Assembly: GCA_052036095.1 (NCBI GenBank)
Contig: JBPOHA010000056.1
Span: 466-64,465 of the forward strand
DNA from: Bacillota bacterium
Lineage (GTDB): Bacteria; Bacillota; Clostridia; TANB77; CAG-508
Direction of reading: 5' to 3'
Length of the DNA stretch: 64,000 bases
Shown: piece after piece, positions 9,070 through 18,930 of the stretch
Position numbering within the stretch: the stretch's first letter is position 1
Layout of the letters: each line of letters opens with the position of its first letter
Position numbers and translations under genes: made by a program
The notes under the pieces: generated by a model
Told to the model about the DNA's origin: nothing
Database searches by the model: none
Seen by the model: the letters and a program-made list of their open reading frames with translations, nothing else

Positions 9070-9220
9070 AAATTTAAAGTTATCTTTATATAAATAAAAT
9101 AGAATTTTAAAAGTATCAAATATAAGAGGCTAAGCTAAATTTATGAATGTAAAATAATAAGCTAATTATTAAAAAATGAGAAAGAAGAATAATAATAGAA
9201 TTAGATAGGATGATATTGAC

Positions 9221-9724
9221 ATGCAAAATATAATAGTAACATTATTGATAATATTTAATATATTTGGAATTTTTATACTTTTAAAAATGACAAAAGGAAA
9301 AGAAATAGTAACGAGAATAATACTTACTATATCATTGATTATTTTAAATTATATTATACTAAACGTAATATATAAAATTGCTTCAATTGGAGTAGATAGT
9401 GATGTTACTTCTGCTTCAAAAATTATGCTGATATTTGCATTTATGCCAATAAATTTGGTGGCGATTGCTAGCCCAATTGCAATCGCAACAAATGAGAAAA
9501 AGATGGAAGCAAAGAAAAATATAATTCTTAGAAATGTAATTATTACGATTATTATATTAGTTTTTGAAATTATTGCTTTGAAAAATATTCAAATTGGAAT
9601 AGAAGATATAAGAAACAAAAGAAGTATCGGAATAGAAAATGATAAAGTTTTTGAAGATTATAACAATGTTGAAAAAAATAATATAACTAATACAATTATA
9701 AAGGATAATATAACAAAAAAATAA
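9221..9724 (+). CDS. Hypothetical integral membrane protein
   Basis: 167 aa, multiple hydrophobic helices, no recognisable motif. Confidence 0.35.
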   Translation: MQNIIVTLLIIFNIFGIFILLKMTKGKEIVTRIILTISLIILNYIILNVIYKIASIGVDSDVTSASKIMLIFAFMPINLVAIASPIAIATNEKKMEAKKNIILRNVIITIIILVFEIIALKNIQIGIEDIRNKRSIGIENDKVFEDYNNVEKNNITNTIIKDNITKK

Positions 9725-9788
9725 AAATATAAATAAAAAATAAACAAATATAAATAAAAAATATATAGAATATGCAAGGATTTATGAG

Positions 9789-10700
9789 ATGGAAAAAACA
9801 ATGAATAGACCTAAAATAATAGTTATATGTGGACCTACAGCTTCTGGAAAGACAAGCTTAGGCATACAAGTTGCAAATAGAATAAATGGTGAAATAATAT
9901 CTTGTGATTCAATGCAAATATACAAGGAAATGAATATTGGAACAGCAAAGCCAACGATTGAAGAGCAAAAGCAAGCAATACATCATTTAATCGATTTTGT
10001 AGAGCCAACTGAAAGATATAGCGTGGCTCAATTTAAACTAGATGCAGATAAAAATATTAAAGAAATTATTTCAAAAGGTAAAAGCCCAATTCTAGTTGGT
10101 GGGACAGGACTATATATCAACTCGCTAATATATAATATAGAATACAAAGAAATTTCCACTAATTTAGAATACAGAAAATCATTAGAAAGTGTAAACTTAC
10201 AAGAGTTATATGAAAAAGCAAGATTAATTGATAACGAAGCCGTTAGCAAAATTAGCAATACTGATAGAAAAAGATTAAGCAGAATATTGGAGCTGTACAA
10301 CACAACTGGAAAAACTAAAACTCAATTGGAAAAAGAATCTAGAAAAGAGCTTCAATATGATTACAAAATATTTGTATTAAATATGCCAAGAGAGATATTA
10401 TATGACAGAATAAACAAAAGAGTAGATTTAATGATTAAAAATGGACTTATTGAAGAAGTAAGTAAATTGCTAAAAAAATATAATGAATTTCCAACGGCAA
10501 TGCAAGGACTAGGATACAAAGAAGTAAAAGAATATCTAGATGGAACTATAAATAAAGAAGAAATGATTGAAAAAGTCAAACAAGAATCAAGAAGATATGC
10601 AAAAAGGCAATTAACATGGTTTAGAACTTATAAAGACGCAACTTGGCTTGAAGCGGGAAATACTAAAAATGTAGAAATCATATCAAATTCTATTATTTAA
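9789..10700 (+). CDS. miaA: tRNA dimethylallyltransferase
   Basis: P-loop VICGPTASGKTSLGIQVA and DSMQIYKEMNIGTAKPT. The mutL-miaA synteny is retained. Confidence 0.92.
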   Translation: MEKTMNRPKIIVICGPTASGKTSLGIQVANRINGEIISCDSMQIYKEMNIGTAKPTIEEQKQAIHHLIDFVEPTERYSVAQFKLDADKNIKEIISKGKSPILVGGTGLYINSLIYNIEYKEISTNLEYRKSLESVNLQELYEKARLIDNEAVSKISNTDRKRLSRILELYNTTGKTKTQLEKESRKELQYDYKIFVLNMPREILYDRINKRVDLMIKNGLIEEVSKLLKKYNEFPTAMQGLGYKEVKEYLDGTINKEEMIEKVKQESRRYAKRQLTWFRTYKDATWLEAGNTKNVEIISNSII

Positions 10701-10778
10701 AAGATTATAAAAATGAAATAAGAAAGATTCAAATTATAAAATAGGAAAAATTAATAGAACTTCATAAAAGGAGAGCCT

Positions 10779-12062
10779 TTGAAAAAACAAGAAAGCAATA
10801 AAAACAAAATAGAAGAAAAGAGAAAAAGAAAATTAAATAAATTAAGATTTGCTATAGTTAGTATAATAGCTATAGTTTTTATTGCGTATATGATGAGCTC
10901 TGTGGCTAATTTAATAAGAAATCCTAGCAATACTGTGATAGTAAAAGAGGGCACTGTATCAAAAGAAGAAACTGCTATTGGAACAATTATAAGAAATGAA
11001 ACAGTTATAAAAGGAGAAAATTACAAAAATGGAATGGAACAGATTGCAGATGAAGGAAAGAAAATTGCAAAAGGCGAATCACTATTTAGATATTATTCTA
11101 GTGGAGAAGAAGATATAAAAAACAAAATAAAGACATTAGACCTAAAAATTCAAGAAGCAATACAAAACAATAATGACGATTTATATTCAAGTGATACTAA
11201 GATTTTAGATTCTCAAATAAGCGAAAAGTTGGACAGCATAAATAGTCTAAATAGCATTCAAACGATACAAGAATACAAAAAGAACATAGCAAATTTAATT
11301 TCAAAGAAGGCAAAAATTGCAGGTGAATTAAGCCCAAGTGGTTCATATTTAAAAAAACTAATTGACCAGCGAACAGAATATGAAAATGAACTAACTGATG
11401 GATCTGAATATATTAAATCACCAAGCAGTGGAATAGTTTCATATAGAGTAGACGGTTTGGAGGAAAAATTAACTACTGAGGATTTTTCAAAATATAATAA
11501 ACAATTTTTAAACGGATTAAATATAAAAACAGGACAAATAATTCCAACTAGCAATGAAAAAGGAAAAATCATTGACAATTTCATTTGCTACATAGCATGC
11601 ACAAGCAACACAAAAGAAGCAAATAATGCAAAAATAGATGATACCTTAAAAATTGTTTTACCAAGCGGAAAAACGATACCTGCAAAAATAGAGTATATTA
11701 TAAAAGAAAACGACAATGAATCAACACTAATGCTAAGTTTCACAGAGGGAATAGATGAGCTAATAACTTATAGAAAAATAAATTTTGACATAATTTGGTG
11801 GAATTCTAAAGGATACAAAGTACCAAATTCTGCTATAATAACAAAAAATAATTTAAACTATGTAATAAGAACGAAAAATGGATACGAAGAGAAAGTTATA
11901 GTAAAAGTAAAAAAAGTATCTGATTATTATTCAATAGTATCAAATTATAGCACATCCGAAATTAAGGAGTTAAACTTAGAAAAAGATGTAAGCACTTCAA
12001 TAATATTGTATGATGAGTTAATATTAAAACCAACAGAGGAAAAAATTGACAGCATCAAGTAA
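10779..12062 (+). CDS. Membrane-anchored coiled-coil protein, HlyD/membrane-fusion-like. TTG start after AAAGGAGAG.
   Basis: N-terminal K-rich segment plus one TM, then long coiled-coil and beta-rich regions. It occupies the slot where hfq usually follows miaA. Confidence 0.3.
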   Translation: MKKQESNKNKIEEKRKRKLNKLRFAIVSIIAIVFIAYMMSSVANLIRNPSNTVIVKEGTVSKEETAIGTIIRNETVIKGENYKNGMEQIADEGKKIAKGESLFRYYSSGEEDIKNKIKTLDLKIQEAIQNNNDDLYSSDTKILDSQISEKLDSINSLNSIQTIQEYKKNIANLISKKAKIAGELSPSGSYLKKLIDQRTEYENELTDGSEYIKSPSSGIVSYRVDGLEEKLTTEDFSKYNKQFLNGLNIKTGQIIPTSNEKGKIIDNFICYIACTSNTKEANNAKIDDTLKIVLPSGKTIPAKIEYIIKENDNESTLMLSFTEGIDELITYRKINFDIIWWNSKGYKVPNSAIITKNNLNYVIRTKNGYEEKVIVKVKKVSDYYSIVSNYSTSEIKELNLEKDVSTSIILYDELILKPTEEKIDSIK

Positions 12063-12194
12063 TATTACAAAAAAATTACAAAAAGGTTAAATTAGCATTA
12101 CATATTAACAAAAACTATTGACAATAATTCGAAAAAGTTAGATACTAAGTATAATCGATAAATACGAATGAAAAATAATAGGAGGTTATTTTTA

Positions 12195-12671
12195 ATGGCA
12201 AGCGTAGTAAATAAATTATGGAATATGATAAGCATGAACAATGCTGAAGAAGCAGATGAGGAATATGACGAAAACGAGAACCAAGAAGGATATGAAGACC
12301 AAGAAGAGATAGATGAGGAGCCAAAAGGATTATTTGGAAGAAAAAATAATAAAGTTGTAAACATGCAATCAACTGTTAGAATGGTGATTTTACAACCAAC
12401 TACTTTTGAACAAGCTTCAGAAATTTGTGGTTTATTAAAGGAGAAAAAGTCAGTTATTGTTAATTTAGAATATGTTAACAAAGACGATGCAAGAAGAATA
12501 ATTGATGTTGTCAGTGGTGCAGCATTTGCACTAGATGGCTATATGAAAAAAGTTTCTGGATCTATTATTTTGGTAGCTCCATATAATTATGATATTACAG
12601 ATGACAAAGATGCAGCTAAACCATCAAAATTACCACCAGTATCTTGGTTAAAAAATAATTTAAATAATTAA
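12195..12671 (+). CDS. sepF: Cell division protein SepF. The ORF track starts at 12168; the ATG at 12195 follows AGGAGG.
   Basis: Acidic N-terminal linker, then VVNMQSTVRMVILQPTTFEQASEICGLLKEKKSVIVNLEYVNKDDARRIIDVVSGAAFALDG, matching the SepF core. Confidence 0.88.
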   Translation: MASVVNKLWNMISMNNAEEADEEYDENENQEGYEDQEEIDEEPKGLFGRKNNKVVNMQSTVRMVILQPTTFEQASEICGLLKEKKSVIVNLEYVNKDDARRIIDVVSGAAFALDGYMKKVSGSIILVAPYNYDITDDKDAAKPSKLPPVSWLKNNLNN

Positions 12672-12769
12672 TTTTGATCTATTGTATTAAGTATTTTTAA
12701 GGTTAGTATTAAAATTTTAAATTAAAAATATTTTTCATGCTATAGAAATATAAAATGCGGAGGTATGAA

Positions 12770-13225
12770 ATGATTACACCATTAGAGATTGAAAACAAAA
12801 AGTTCTCTAAAAAAACTTTAAATGGATATAATCCAGAAGAAGTTGACGACTTCTTAGACGATTTAACAAATGATTATGAAAAATTATATAAAGATTCTCA
12901 AGCAAGTCAAAGCAAAATAGAAGAATTAAAAACATCATTAGAACATTATACACAAATAGAATCTACTTTGCAGAGCACTTTATTAATGGCGCAATCTGCA
13001 TCAGATGAAGTTAAAAATGCTGCTCAAAAACAAGCTGAACAAATTATAAAAGAGGCTGAAGGAAAAGCAAGAGAAGCTACGCTAGGATTAGAAAGCAAAA
13101 TATCAGAAAAAAAGAAAGAATTAGAAAGCTTAGAAAAACAATTTGATGTATACAAAGCTAAAATGGAATCATTACTTATTTCTCAACTTGAATTATTAAA
13201 AGAAGTAAATAAAGACGAAGAATAA
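12770..13225 (+). CDS. divIVA: DivIVA domain protein. The ATG at 12770 follows GGAGG.
   Basis: MITPLEIENKKFSKKTLNGYNPEEVDDFLDDL is the canonical DivIVA N-terminus, followed by coiled coil. Confidence 0.88.
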   Translation: MITPLEIENKKFSKKTLNGYNPEEVDDFLDDLTNDYEKLYKDSQASQSKIEELKTSLEHYTQIESTLQSTLLMAQSASDEVKNAAQKQAEQIIKEAEGKAREATLGLESKISEKKKELESLEKQFDVYKAKMESLLISQLELLKEVNKDEE

Positions 13226-13278
13226 GAAATATATAAAATTAAAAATACTAAATAAATTACATTTTTGTAATAAAACTA

Positions 13279-13321
13279 AAGAGGCAAATGCTATAAAAGG
13301 CTAAACCTCTTTATTTTTTTG
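13279..13321 (+). terminator. Intrinsic terminator after divIVA (AAAGAGG..CCTCTTT + T8)
   Basis: 7-bp stem with a large loop, then TTATTTTTTT. Confidence 0.5.
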
Positions 13322-13421
13322 CTATGATACTAAAAAAAACATGTATTACATAGAAGTTAAGGAAATATTACAATTTTATTATTGATATTGACAAGGAAAA
13401 AATAAGGGCTAAAATAGTATT

Positions 13422-13973
13422 ATGAGAGTTATAAGTGGAAGAGCTAGAGGGACTAAACTTAATTCAATAGAAGATATATCAACCAGACCTACATTAGACA
13501 GAGTAAAAGAATCTTTATTTAATATTTTACAAGAAAAGATACGAAATAAAGTAGTATTAGATTTATTCGCAGGTAGTGGAGCATTAGGAATTGAAGCTTT
13601 GAGCAGAGGAACACGAAAAGCATATTTTTGTGATGTTAATAAAGAATCTATAAAATTTATTAAATCAAATTTGCAAAAGACTAATTTTATTGATCAAGCG
13701 ATTATATTAAATGAAGATTACAAAAAGTGCATTTTAGAATTAAATGAAAAAGTAGATATTATATTTATAGATCCACCATACAAAGCAGATATTGGAGTGA
13801 ATTCTATAAAATTAATAATCGAAAATAATATACTCAGTAAAGAGGGAATTATTGTACTAGAAACAGATGAAAAAATAAGAGATGAAGAAGAAATAAAAAA
13901 AATTAGTAATATTACTATTTATGATGCTAGAAAATATGGAAGAGTAAACTTATTGTTCATAAAGTGTGGATAA
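13422..13973 (+). CDS. rsmD: 16S rRNA (guanine966-N2)-methyltransferase
   Basis: VLDLFAGSGALGIEALSRG and DPPY motifs. Preceded by TTGACA, 16 nt, TAAAAT at 13390-13417. Confidence 0.88.
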   Translation: MRVISGRARGTKLNSIEDISTRPTLDRVKESLFNILQEKIRNKVVLDLFAGSGALGIEALSRGTRKAYFCDVNKESIKFIKSNLQKTNFIDQAIILNEDYKKCILELNEKVDIIFIDPPYKADIGVNSIKLIIENNILSKEGIIVLETDEKIRDEEEIKKISNITIYDARKYGRVNLLFIKCG

Positions 13974-14174
13974 CTATTAGCAAAAAAAGCAATTTGTGAC
14001 TTTTATTTTAAAAAAAACAAAAGTTATACACATTTAAAGAAAAAAATGTGGACAGCATTATAGTTTTTTTAGAAAATGGACAATTAAAAATGAAAAAAAT
14101 AGAAAAGAAAATTTATAATTTAAAAATATTAAGAAATAATTATCATAAAACAAATTCGAAAGGATAAGAGAAAA

Positions 14175-14612
14175 ATGGAAATTTTTACATTACTAAATAA
14201 CTTAGAAGATATATTAGAAAATAGCAAAAAAGTACCACTTTCTGATAAATGTATTATTAATCAAGAAGAAGTACTAGAATTAATAAAAGAGATTAGATTA
14301 AAATTGCCAGATGAGCTAAAACAAGCTAAATGGGTTAAAGAAGAAAGAGAAAGAATATTAGCAGAAGCACAAAAAGAAGCTGATGATGTTGTAAAAGAAG
14401 CTGAAAATAGAATAATATCAATGATAGACGAGCATGAAATTACAAAAAAAGCATATGAACAAAAAAATCAAATTATGTCAGTGGCAAATGAAAGCTCAAG
14501 ACAAATAACTCAGGGAGCTAAAGAATATGCAGATAAAATATTAGAGAACCTTCAAAGTTCATTACAAGCCACTTTAAAAGAAATTGAACAAGATAGAAAA
14601 GAATTAAAATAA
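14175..14612 (+). CDS. Hypothetical coiled-coil protein
   Basis: 145 aa, charged and helical. It sits where coaD is usually found after rsmD. Confidence 0.3.
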   Translation: MEIFTLLNNLEDILENSKKVPLSDKCIINQEEVLELIKEIRLKLPDELKQAKWVKEERERILAEAQKEADDVVKEAENRIISMIDEHEITKKAYEQKNQIMSVANESSRQITQGAKEYADKILENLQSSLQATLKEIEQDRKELK

Positions 14613-14652
14613 ACATTTTTTAATATTGTCTATTATAGAATGAGGTAATTGT

Positions 14653-16218
14653 ATGAATCAATTTAATGATGATAATAATTTCAAAGAAGATAATTTAGCT
14701 GATTTAAATTCGGCAATAAACAATGATATGGAAAATTTAAATAAAAGTGATAATAAAGATATTATAATAAGAATTGCAATAGTAGCTATTGCAATTTTGT
14801 TGGTAATATCCATTATTATAGGAATAATATTTACCCAAAAAACGGAAAGCCAAAAAAATGAAAATAAAGTTCAAGAAAATATATTAGTTCCATCAATAAT
14901 CGAAAATACTGAGAATATAACTAATGAAAAGATAATAGATGATAGCACGGCATATCTAAACAGAAAATATGGAAAAGTTAGTATAATATGGATTGACAAC
15001 AATAATAATATTATAGATAAACCACAAGTTCCAGTATTAGGAGATATGCAAGCTATCACATATAAAGAGTCGACGTCAAGCTTTGAAAATACTACAAATA
15101 GCGATAGAAATTGGTATGATTATTCTAATAAAAAATGGGCTAATGCAATTAACTCAGATGGAAGCTATTTTGTATGGATTCCAAGGTATGCATATAAAAT
15201 AGTATATTATGAAGATAACAAATACAATAAAAAAATTGGATATAGTGATTATAGAGGAATACTAAAAATAAATGATGATGATACCTTAACTAGAATTTAC
15301 ACTAATAATAGTGGATTAGTCGAAGTGGGAAACCATTACATAGTAGAACCAGCATTTATGAAAGATATAGCAAGTGGATATAAAAATGGCGGTTGGAACA
15401 GTAATCTATCTGGAATTTGGGTCGCAAAATATGAAATGAGCATGGAGACATCTGGAAAGCATACAGAAACAGACAATACTGATAACGGGAATGTGTTAAC
15501 TGATAATACAATAAAAGCAGTTAGCAAACCTGGTGTAAGCAGTTGGAGAAATATAATTATAAATAATGCGTATTTAAATAGTTACAATTATGACAGAGAA
15601 AAAGAAAGCCATATGATAAAAAACAGCGAATGGGGAGCGATTGCATATTTATCACATAGTCAATATGGAACAGAAGAAACAACTATAGCTACAAATAATA
15701 GCAGCAAATATATAACTGGTGGAAATAAAGTAGTAACACAAATATATGTATATAATGGTTCACAGAGCACAAATGGAAATGCAACGGGGATATATGATAT
15801 GTGTGGAGGAGCTTGGGAACTAATAGCAGGTTATACTAACAACGGTTATAGAGGACTTGTTGACTATGGAGGCCAAAATGATACAGATCTATATGGAACA
15901 AGCATAAATACTAAATATAAAAATGTATATGATCATGCAAATATCGATAAGGGAGGAAATGACTATAATTCTACTTATGCAAATGCTAACTATTTATTAG
16001 CATCTGGAAGAAGGGGAGAAGCAATATTTGAAACATCAACAAGTGGATTTGGCGGAAATGGATGGAATTCAAGTTCATCATTTTTTACAGAACAAGATAT
16101 ACCATTTTTTATGAGAGGTGGTGACTTTAACAGCACTACAGGAGGTATATTTAGCTATAATGGAGTTAGTGGACAAACAAATGCAAGTCAAACATTTAGA
16201 GTAGTTATGAGTTTTTAA
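14653..16218 (+). CDS. Membrane-anchored FGE-sulfatase (SUMF1-like) domain protein, paralog 2
   Basis: One TM at residues about 35-60. Motifs WVAKYEMS, SEWGAIAYLSHSQYG, GIYDMCGGAWELI, FFMRGGDFNS and C-terminal FRVVMSF are collinear with the proteins at 4569 and 59211. Confidence 0.55.
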   Translation: MNQFNDDNNFKEDNLADLNSAINNDMENLNKSDNKDIIIRIAIVAIAILLVISIIIGIIFTQKTESQKNENKVQENILVPSIIENTENITNEKIIDDSTAYLNRKYGKVSIIWIDNNNNIIDKPQVPVLGDMQAITYKESTSSFENTTNSDRNWYDYSNKKWANAINSDGSYFVWIPRYAYKIVYYEDNKYNKKIGYSDYRGILKINDDDTLTRIYTNNSGLVEVGNHYIVEPAFMKDIASGYKNGGWNSNLSGIWVAKYEMSMETSGKHTETDNTDNGNVLTDNTIKAVSKPGVSSWRNIIINNAYLNSYNYDREKESHMIKNSEWGAIAYLSHSQYGTEETTIATNNSSKYITGGNKVVTQIYVYNGSQSTNGNATGIYDMCGGAWELIAGYTNNGYRGLVDYGGQNDTDLYGTSINTKYKNVYDHANIDKGGNDYNSTYANANYLLASGRRGEAIFETSTSGFGGNGWNSSSSFFTEQDIPFFMRGGDFNSTTGGIFSYNGVSGQTNASQTFRVVMSF

Positions 16219-16378
16219 TTTTATAATATGTTTGAGGAGAAAATGAAGAAAGAAAATAAAAGTGTAAAAATAAAGCAAATGGATATGCAGTATACAATGA
16301 TTGAGGTACAGTTTCAATAATATGAGGCAAATATCTTTGAAAAACCTACAAATATCTTTGAAAAACTGCTAAAAACTA

Positions 16379-16407
16379 TTGACTTTTAAAGCAAATTAGA
16401 TTATAAT
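16379..16407 (+). promoter_or_regulatory. Consensus sigma-A promoter (TTGACT, 17 nt, TATAAT) for the rimP-nusA-infB operon
   Basis: Exact hexamers at 16379-16384 and 16402-16407. Followed by leader hairpin 16431-16461 (AAGAGTGGAA..TTCCACTCTT). Confidence 0.65.
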
Positions 16408-16547
16408 AATAACATACATAAGAGATAGCAAAGAGTGGAAGCAAATTCCACTCTTTCATTTATGAAAAGAAGTTTATAGGTATCCTTGAAAAACCTAAAT
16501 ATTTATTAAAAGGAGTATGGTTATTTTTTAATAATCATATTATAAGA

Positions 16548-17030
16548 ATGACAACTTTAGAAATTAAAGTAAAAGAATTTATAGAGCCAATTATTAATGA
16601 AAAAGGTTATCAATTATATGATGTAATCTATGAAAAAGAAGGAAAAGATTATTATCTAAGAATTTTTATAGATAAGCCTGAAGGGATTGGTTTAGAAGAT
16701 TGTGAAAATGTTAATAATGCAATTACAGATTTGTTAGATGAGAAGAACTTTATTAAAGAAGCATATTTCTTAGAAGTTTCATCACCAGGTATAGAAAGAA
16801 GAATTAGAACAGAAGAACATTTAAAAAATAGTATAGACAAAAAAATTAATGTTCATTTATATAAAGCAATAGAAAAGAAAAAAGAAATTGAAGGAATATT
16901 AAAAAAAGTAAATGATTCAAATATTGAAATATTGAGCGATGAAAATTTAAAAAAAGATAATATAATTATTGAAAAAAATAATATTTCAGTAATACATACT
17001 GTATATGATTGGAATGCTTCTACTAAATAA
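16548..17030 (+). CDS. rimP: Ribosome maturation factor RimP
   Basis: YYLRIFIDKPEGIGLEDCENVNNAI..EVSSPGIERRI is the RimP signature. Lies upstream of nusA. Confidence 0.85.
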   Translation: MTTLEIKVKEFIEPIINEKGYQLYDVIYEKEGKDYYLRIFIDKPEGIGLEDCENVNNAITDLLDEKNFIKEAYFLEVSSPGIERRIRTEEHLKNSIDKKINVHLYKAIEKKKEIEGILKKVNDSNIEILSDENLKKDNIIIEKNNISVIHTVYDWNASTK

Positions 17031-17141
17031 TATACTAATTATAAATTGATATAAAATTTACTAATTTTAAAATATTATGAAAGTCAAAAAATAATTATAG
17101 GTTAAATAATAATTAACCAGAGAAAGGAAATAAAAAGAAAA

Positions 17142-18734
17142 ATGAAAAAGAAAGATGTAAAAATAATAGACAAGGGAATTGATACAACAGAATTAATGCT
17201 TGCAATGGATGAACTAGAAAAAAATAATGGAATAAAAAAGGCTGACTTAATGGAATCAATTGAAACAGCTTTAGTTGTAGCTTATAAAAGAAACTTTGAT
17301 TCAGTTGATGAAAATGTAAAAGTTGCTATAGACAAAATAGACGGAAAGATGCATGTTTACCAAGAAAAGAATGTTGTAGAGAATGTAGAAGATGACAAAA
17401 AAGAAATGTCATTAGAAGAAGCACAAAAAATTGATAAGAATTATAAAATAGATGATAAAGTCGAAATTGAATTAATGCCTAAAGAATTTGGAAGAATAGC
17501 AGCTCAAACAGCAAAACAAGTTATTACACAAAAAATTAGAGAAATGTCTAGAGATATCATATTTGCAGAATTTGCAGATAAAAAGGGCGAAATTGTTACT
17601 GGATTAGTCCAAAAGGCAGATGGTGGAGCAGTAATATTAGATCTAGGAAAAATCGAAGGAATTATGCCAAAGAAAGAACAAATTCCTACTGAAAGATATA
17701 TGGTAAATGACAAAGTAAAAACTTGTGTAATAAGTGTAGAAAAAGGAATAAAAGGTTCTACTCAAATTATTTTATCTCGTGCAAGTATAGAATTAGTAAG
17801 AAAATTATTTGAGATAGAAATTCCAGAAATATATGAAGGATTAATTGAAATAAAGAGCATTTCACGTGAAGCAGGAGCAAGAAGCAAAGTAGCAGTTTAT
17901 TCACCAAATCCTAATATAGACCCAGTTGGATCATGTGTAGGACAAAAAGGTATTCGTATACAAAATATTATAAATGAATTAAATGGCGAAAAAATTGATG
18001 TTATAGAATGGAATGAAGATCCTTCAATATTTATATCAACAGCTTTATTACCAGCAAAAGTTTTGGCCGTAGATATAAAAGAAGAAGAAAGATTTGCACA
18101 AGTAATAGTTCCAGATGATCAATTATCTCTAGCAATTGGTAAAGGTGGTCAAAATGCTAAATTAGCAGCTAGACTTACTGGATGGAAGATTGATATAAAG
18201 AGTGAATCACAATTTAGACAGTTAATAGAGCAAGCACAAAAAAATAGTGAAGTAGATAGTGAAATAAAAGAAGATTCTAATAAAGATGAAAAAACAGACG
18301 AAAGTGCAAACGAAACAGTATTAGAAGATAAAAAAGCAGAGAAAAAAGTTACGGCTAAGAAAGAAAGCAAAGAATCAGCAGAGAAGAAAGTTACGGCTAA
18401 GAAAGAAAGCAAAGAATCAGCAGAAAAGAAAGCTACAGCAAAAAAAGCAGAGAAGAAAGTTACAACTAAGAAAGAAAGCAAAGAATCAGCAGAAAAGAAA
18501 GCTCCAGCAAAAAAAACAGAAAAGAAAGTTACGGCTAAGAAAGAAAGCAAAGAATCAGCAGAAAAGAAAGCTCCAGCTAAAAAAGAGAGCAAAGAAACAG
18601 CAGAAAAGAAAGCTCCAGCAAAAAAAGCAGAGAAGAAAGTTAAGGCTAAGAAAGAAAGCAAAGAAACAGCAGAAAAGAAAGCTACAGCAAAAAAAGCAGA
18701 AAAGAAAGCTACGGCTAAGAAAGAAAGCAAATAA
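17142..18734 (+). CDS. nusA: Transcription termination/antitermination factor NusA, with a roughly 130-aa C-terminal Lys/Ala-rich tandem-repeat tail
   Basis: NTD, S1 (GEIVTGLVQKADGGAVILDLG) and KH1/KH2 (GSCVGQKGIRIQNI, IGKGGQNAKLAARLTGWKIDI) domains, then KKVTAKKESKESAEKK repeats. Confidence 0.95.
   Translation: MKKKDVKIIDKGIDTTELMLAMDELEKNNGIKKADLMESIETALVVAYKRNFDSVDENVKVAIDKIDGKMHVYQEKNVVENVEDDKKEMSLEEAQKIDKNYKIDDKVEIELMPKEFGRIAAQTAKQVITQKIREMSRDIIFAEFADKKGEIVTGLVQKADGGAVILDLGKIEGIMPKKEQIPTERYMVNDKVKTCVISVEKGIKGSTQIILSRASIELVRKLFEIEIPEIYEGLIEIKSISREAGARSKVAVYSPNPNIDPVGSCVGQKGIRIQNIINELNGEKIDVIEWNEDPSIFISTALLPAKVLAVDIKEEERFAQVIVPDDQLSLAIGKGGQNAKLAARLTGWKIDIKSESQFRQLIEQAQKNSEVDSEIKEDSNKDEKTDESANETVLEDKKAEKKVTAKKESKESAEKKVTAKKESKESAEKKATAKKAEKKVTTKKESKESAEKKAPAKKTEKKVTAKKESKESAEKKAPAKKESKETAEKKAPAKKAEKKVKAKKESKETAEKKATAKKAEKKATAKKESK
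18337..18726 (+). repeat. In-frame tandem repeats, period about 60 nt with 21-nt sub-repeats, encoding the NusA KKxxAKKESKE tail
   Basis: Direct reading of the repeated AAAGTTACGGCTAAGAAAGAAAGCAAAGAATCAGCAGAGAAG units. Confidence 0.85.
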
Positions 18735-18930
18735 TTGTAAGAAAGTCAAAATAAAAATTGGACAATTTGGTATGATTATAAATTAAAATAATTTTTTAGG
18801 CTAATAAATATAAAATGAATTGATTAGGAATAAAGTATTTAATTTATCTATAAAATGATATAGAGAAATATAAGAGGTGTAGTATTGAATAAATTGATAA
18901 TAAAAAATGAGAATAATATTTTAACAGGAG

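Noticed and set aside
6876-9119. Minus-strand ORFs 6876-7229, 7602-7784, 7900-8239 and 8646-9119 within mutL
   Set aside because: Antisense to a confidently called MutL gene, with low-complexity translations. Shadow ORFs.
18149-18749. Minus-strand ORFs 18149-18730 and 18555-18749 (FFSAFFAVAFF repeats)
   Set aside because: Complement of the NusA KKAxAKK repeat-coding region. Generated by the repeat, with no independent signals.
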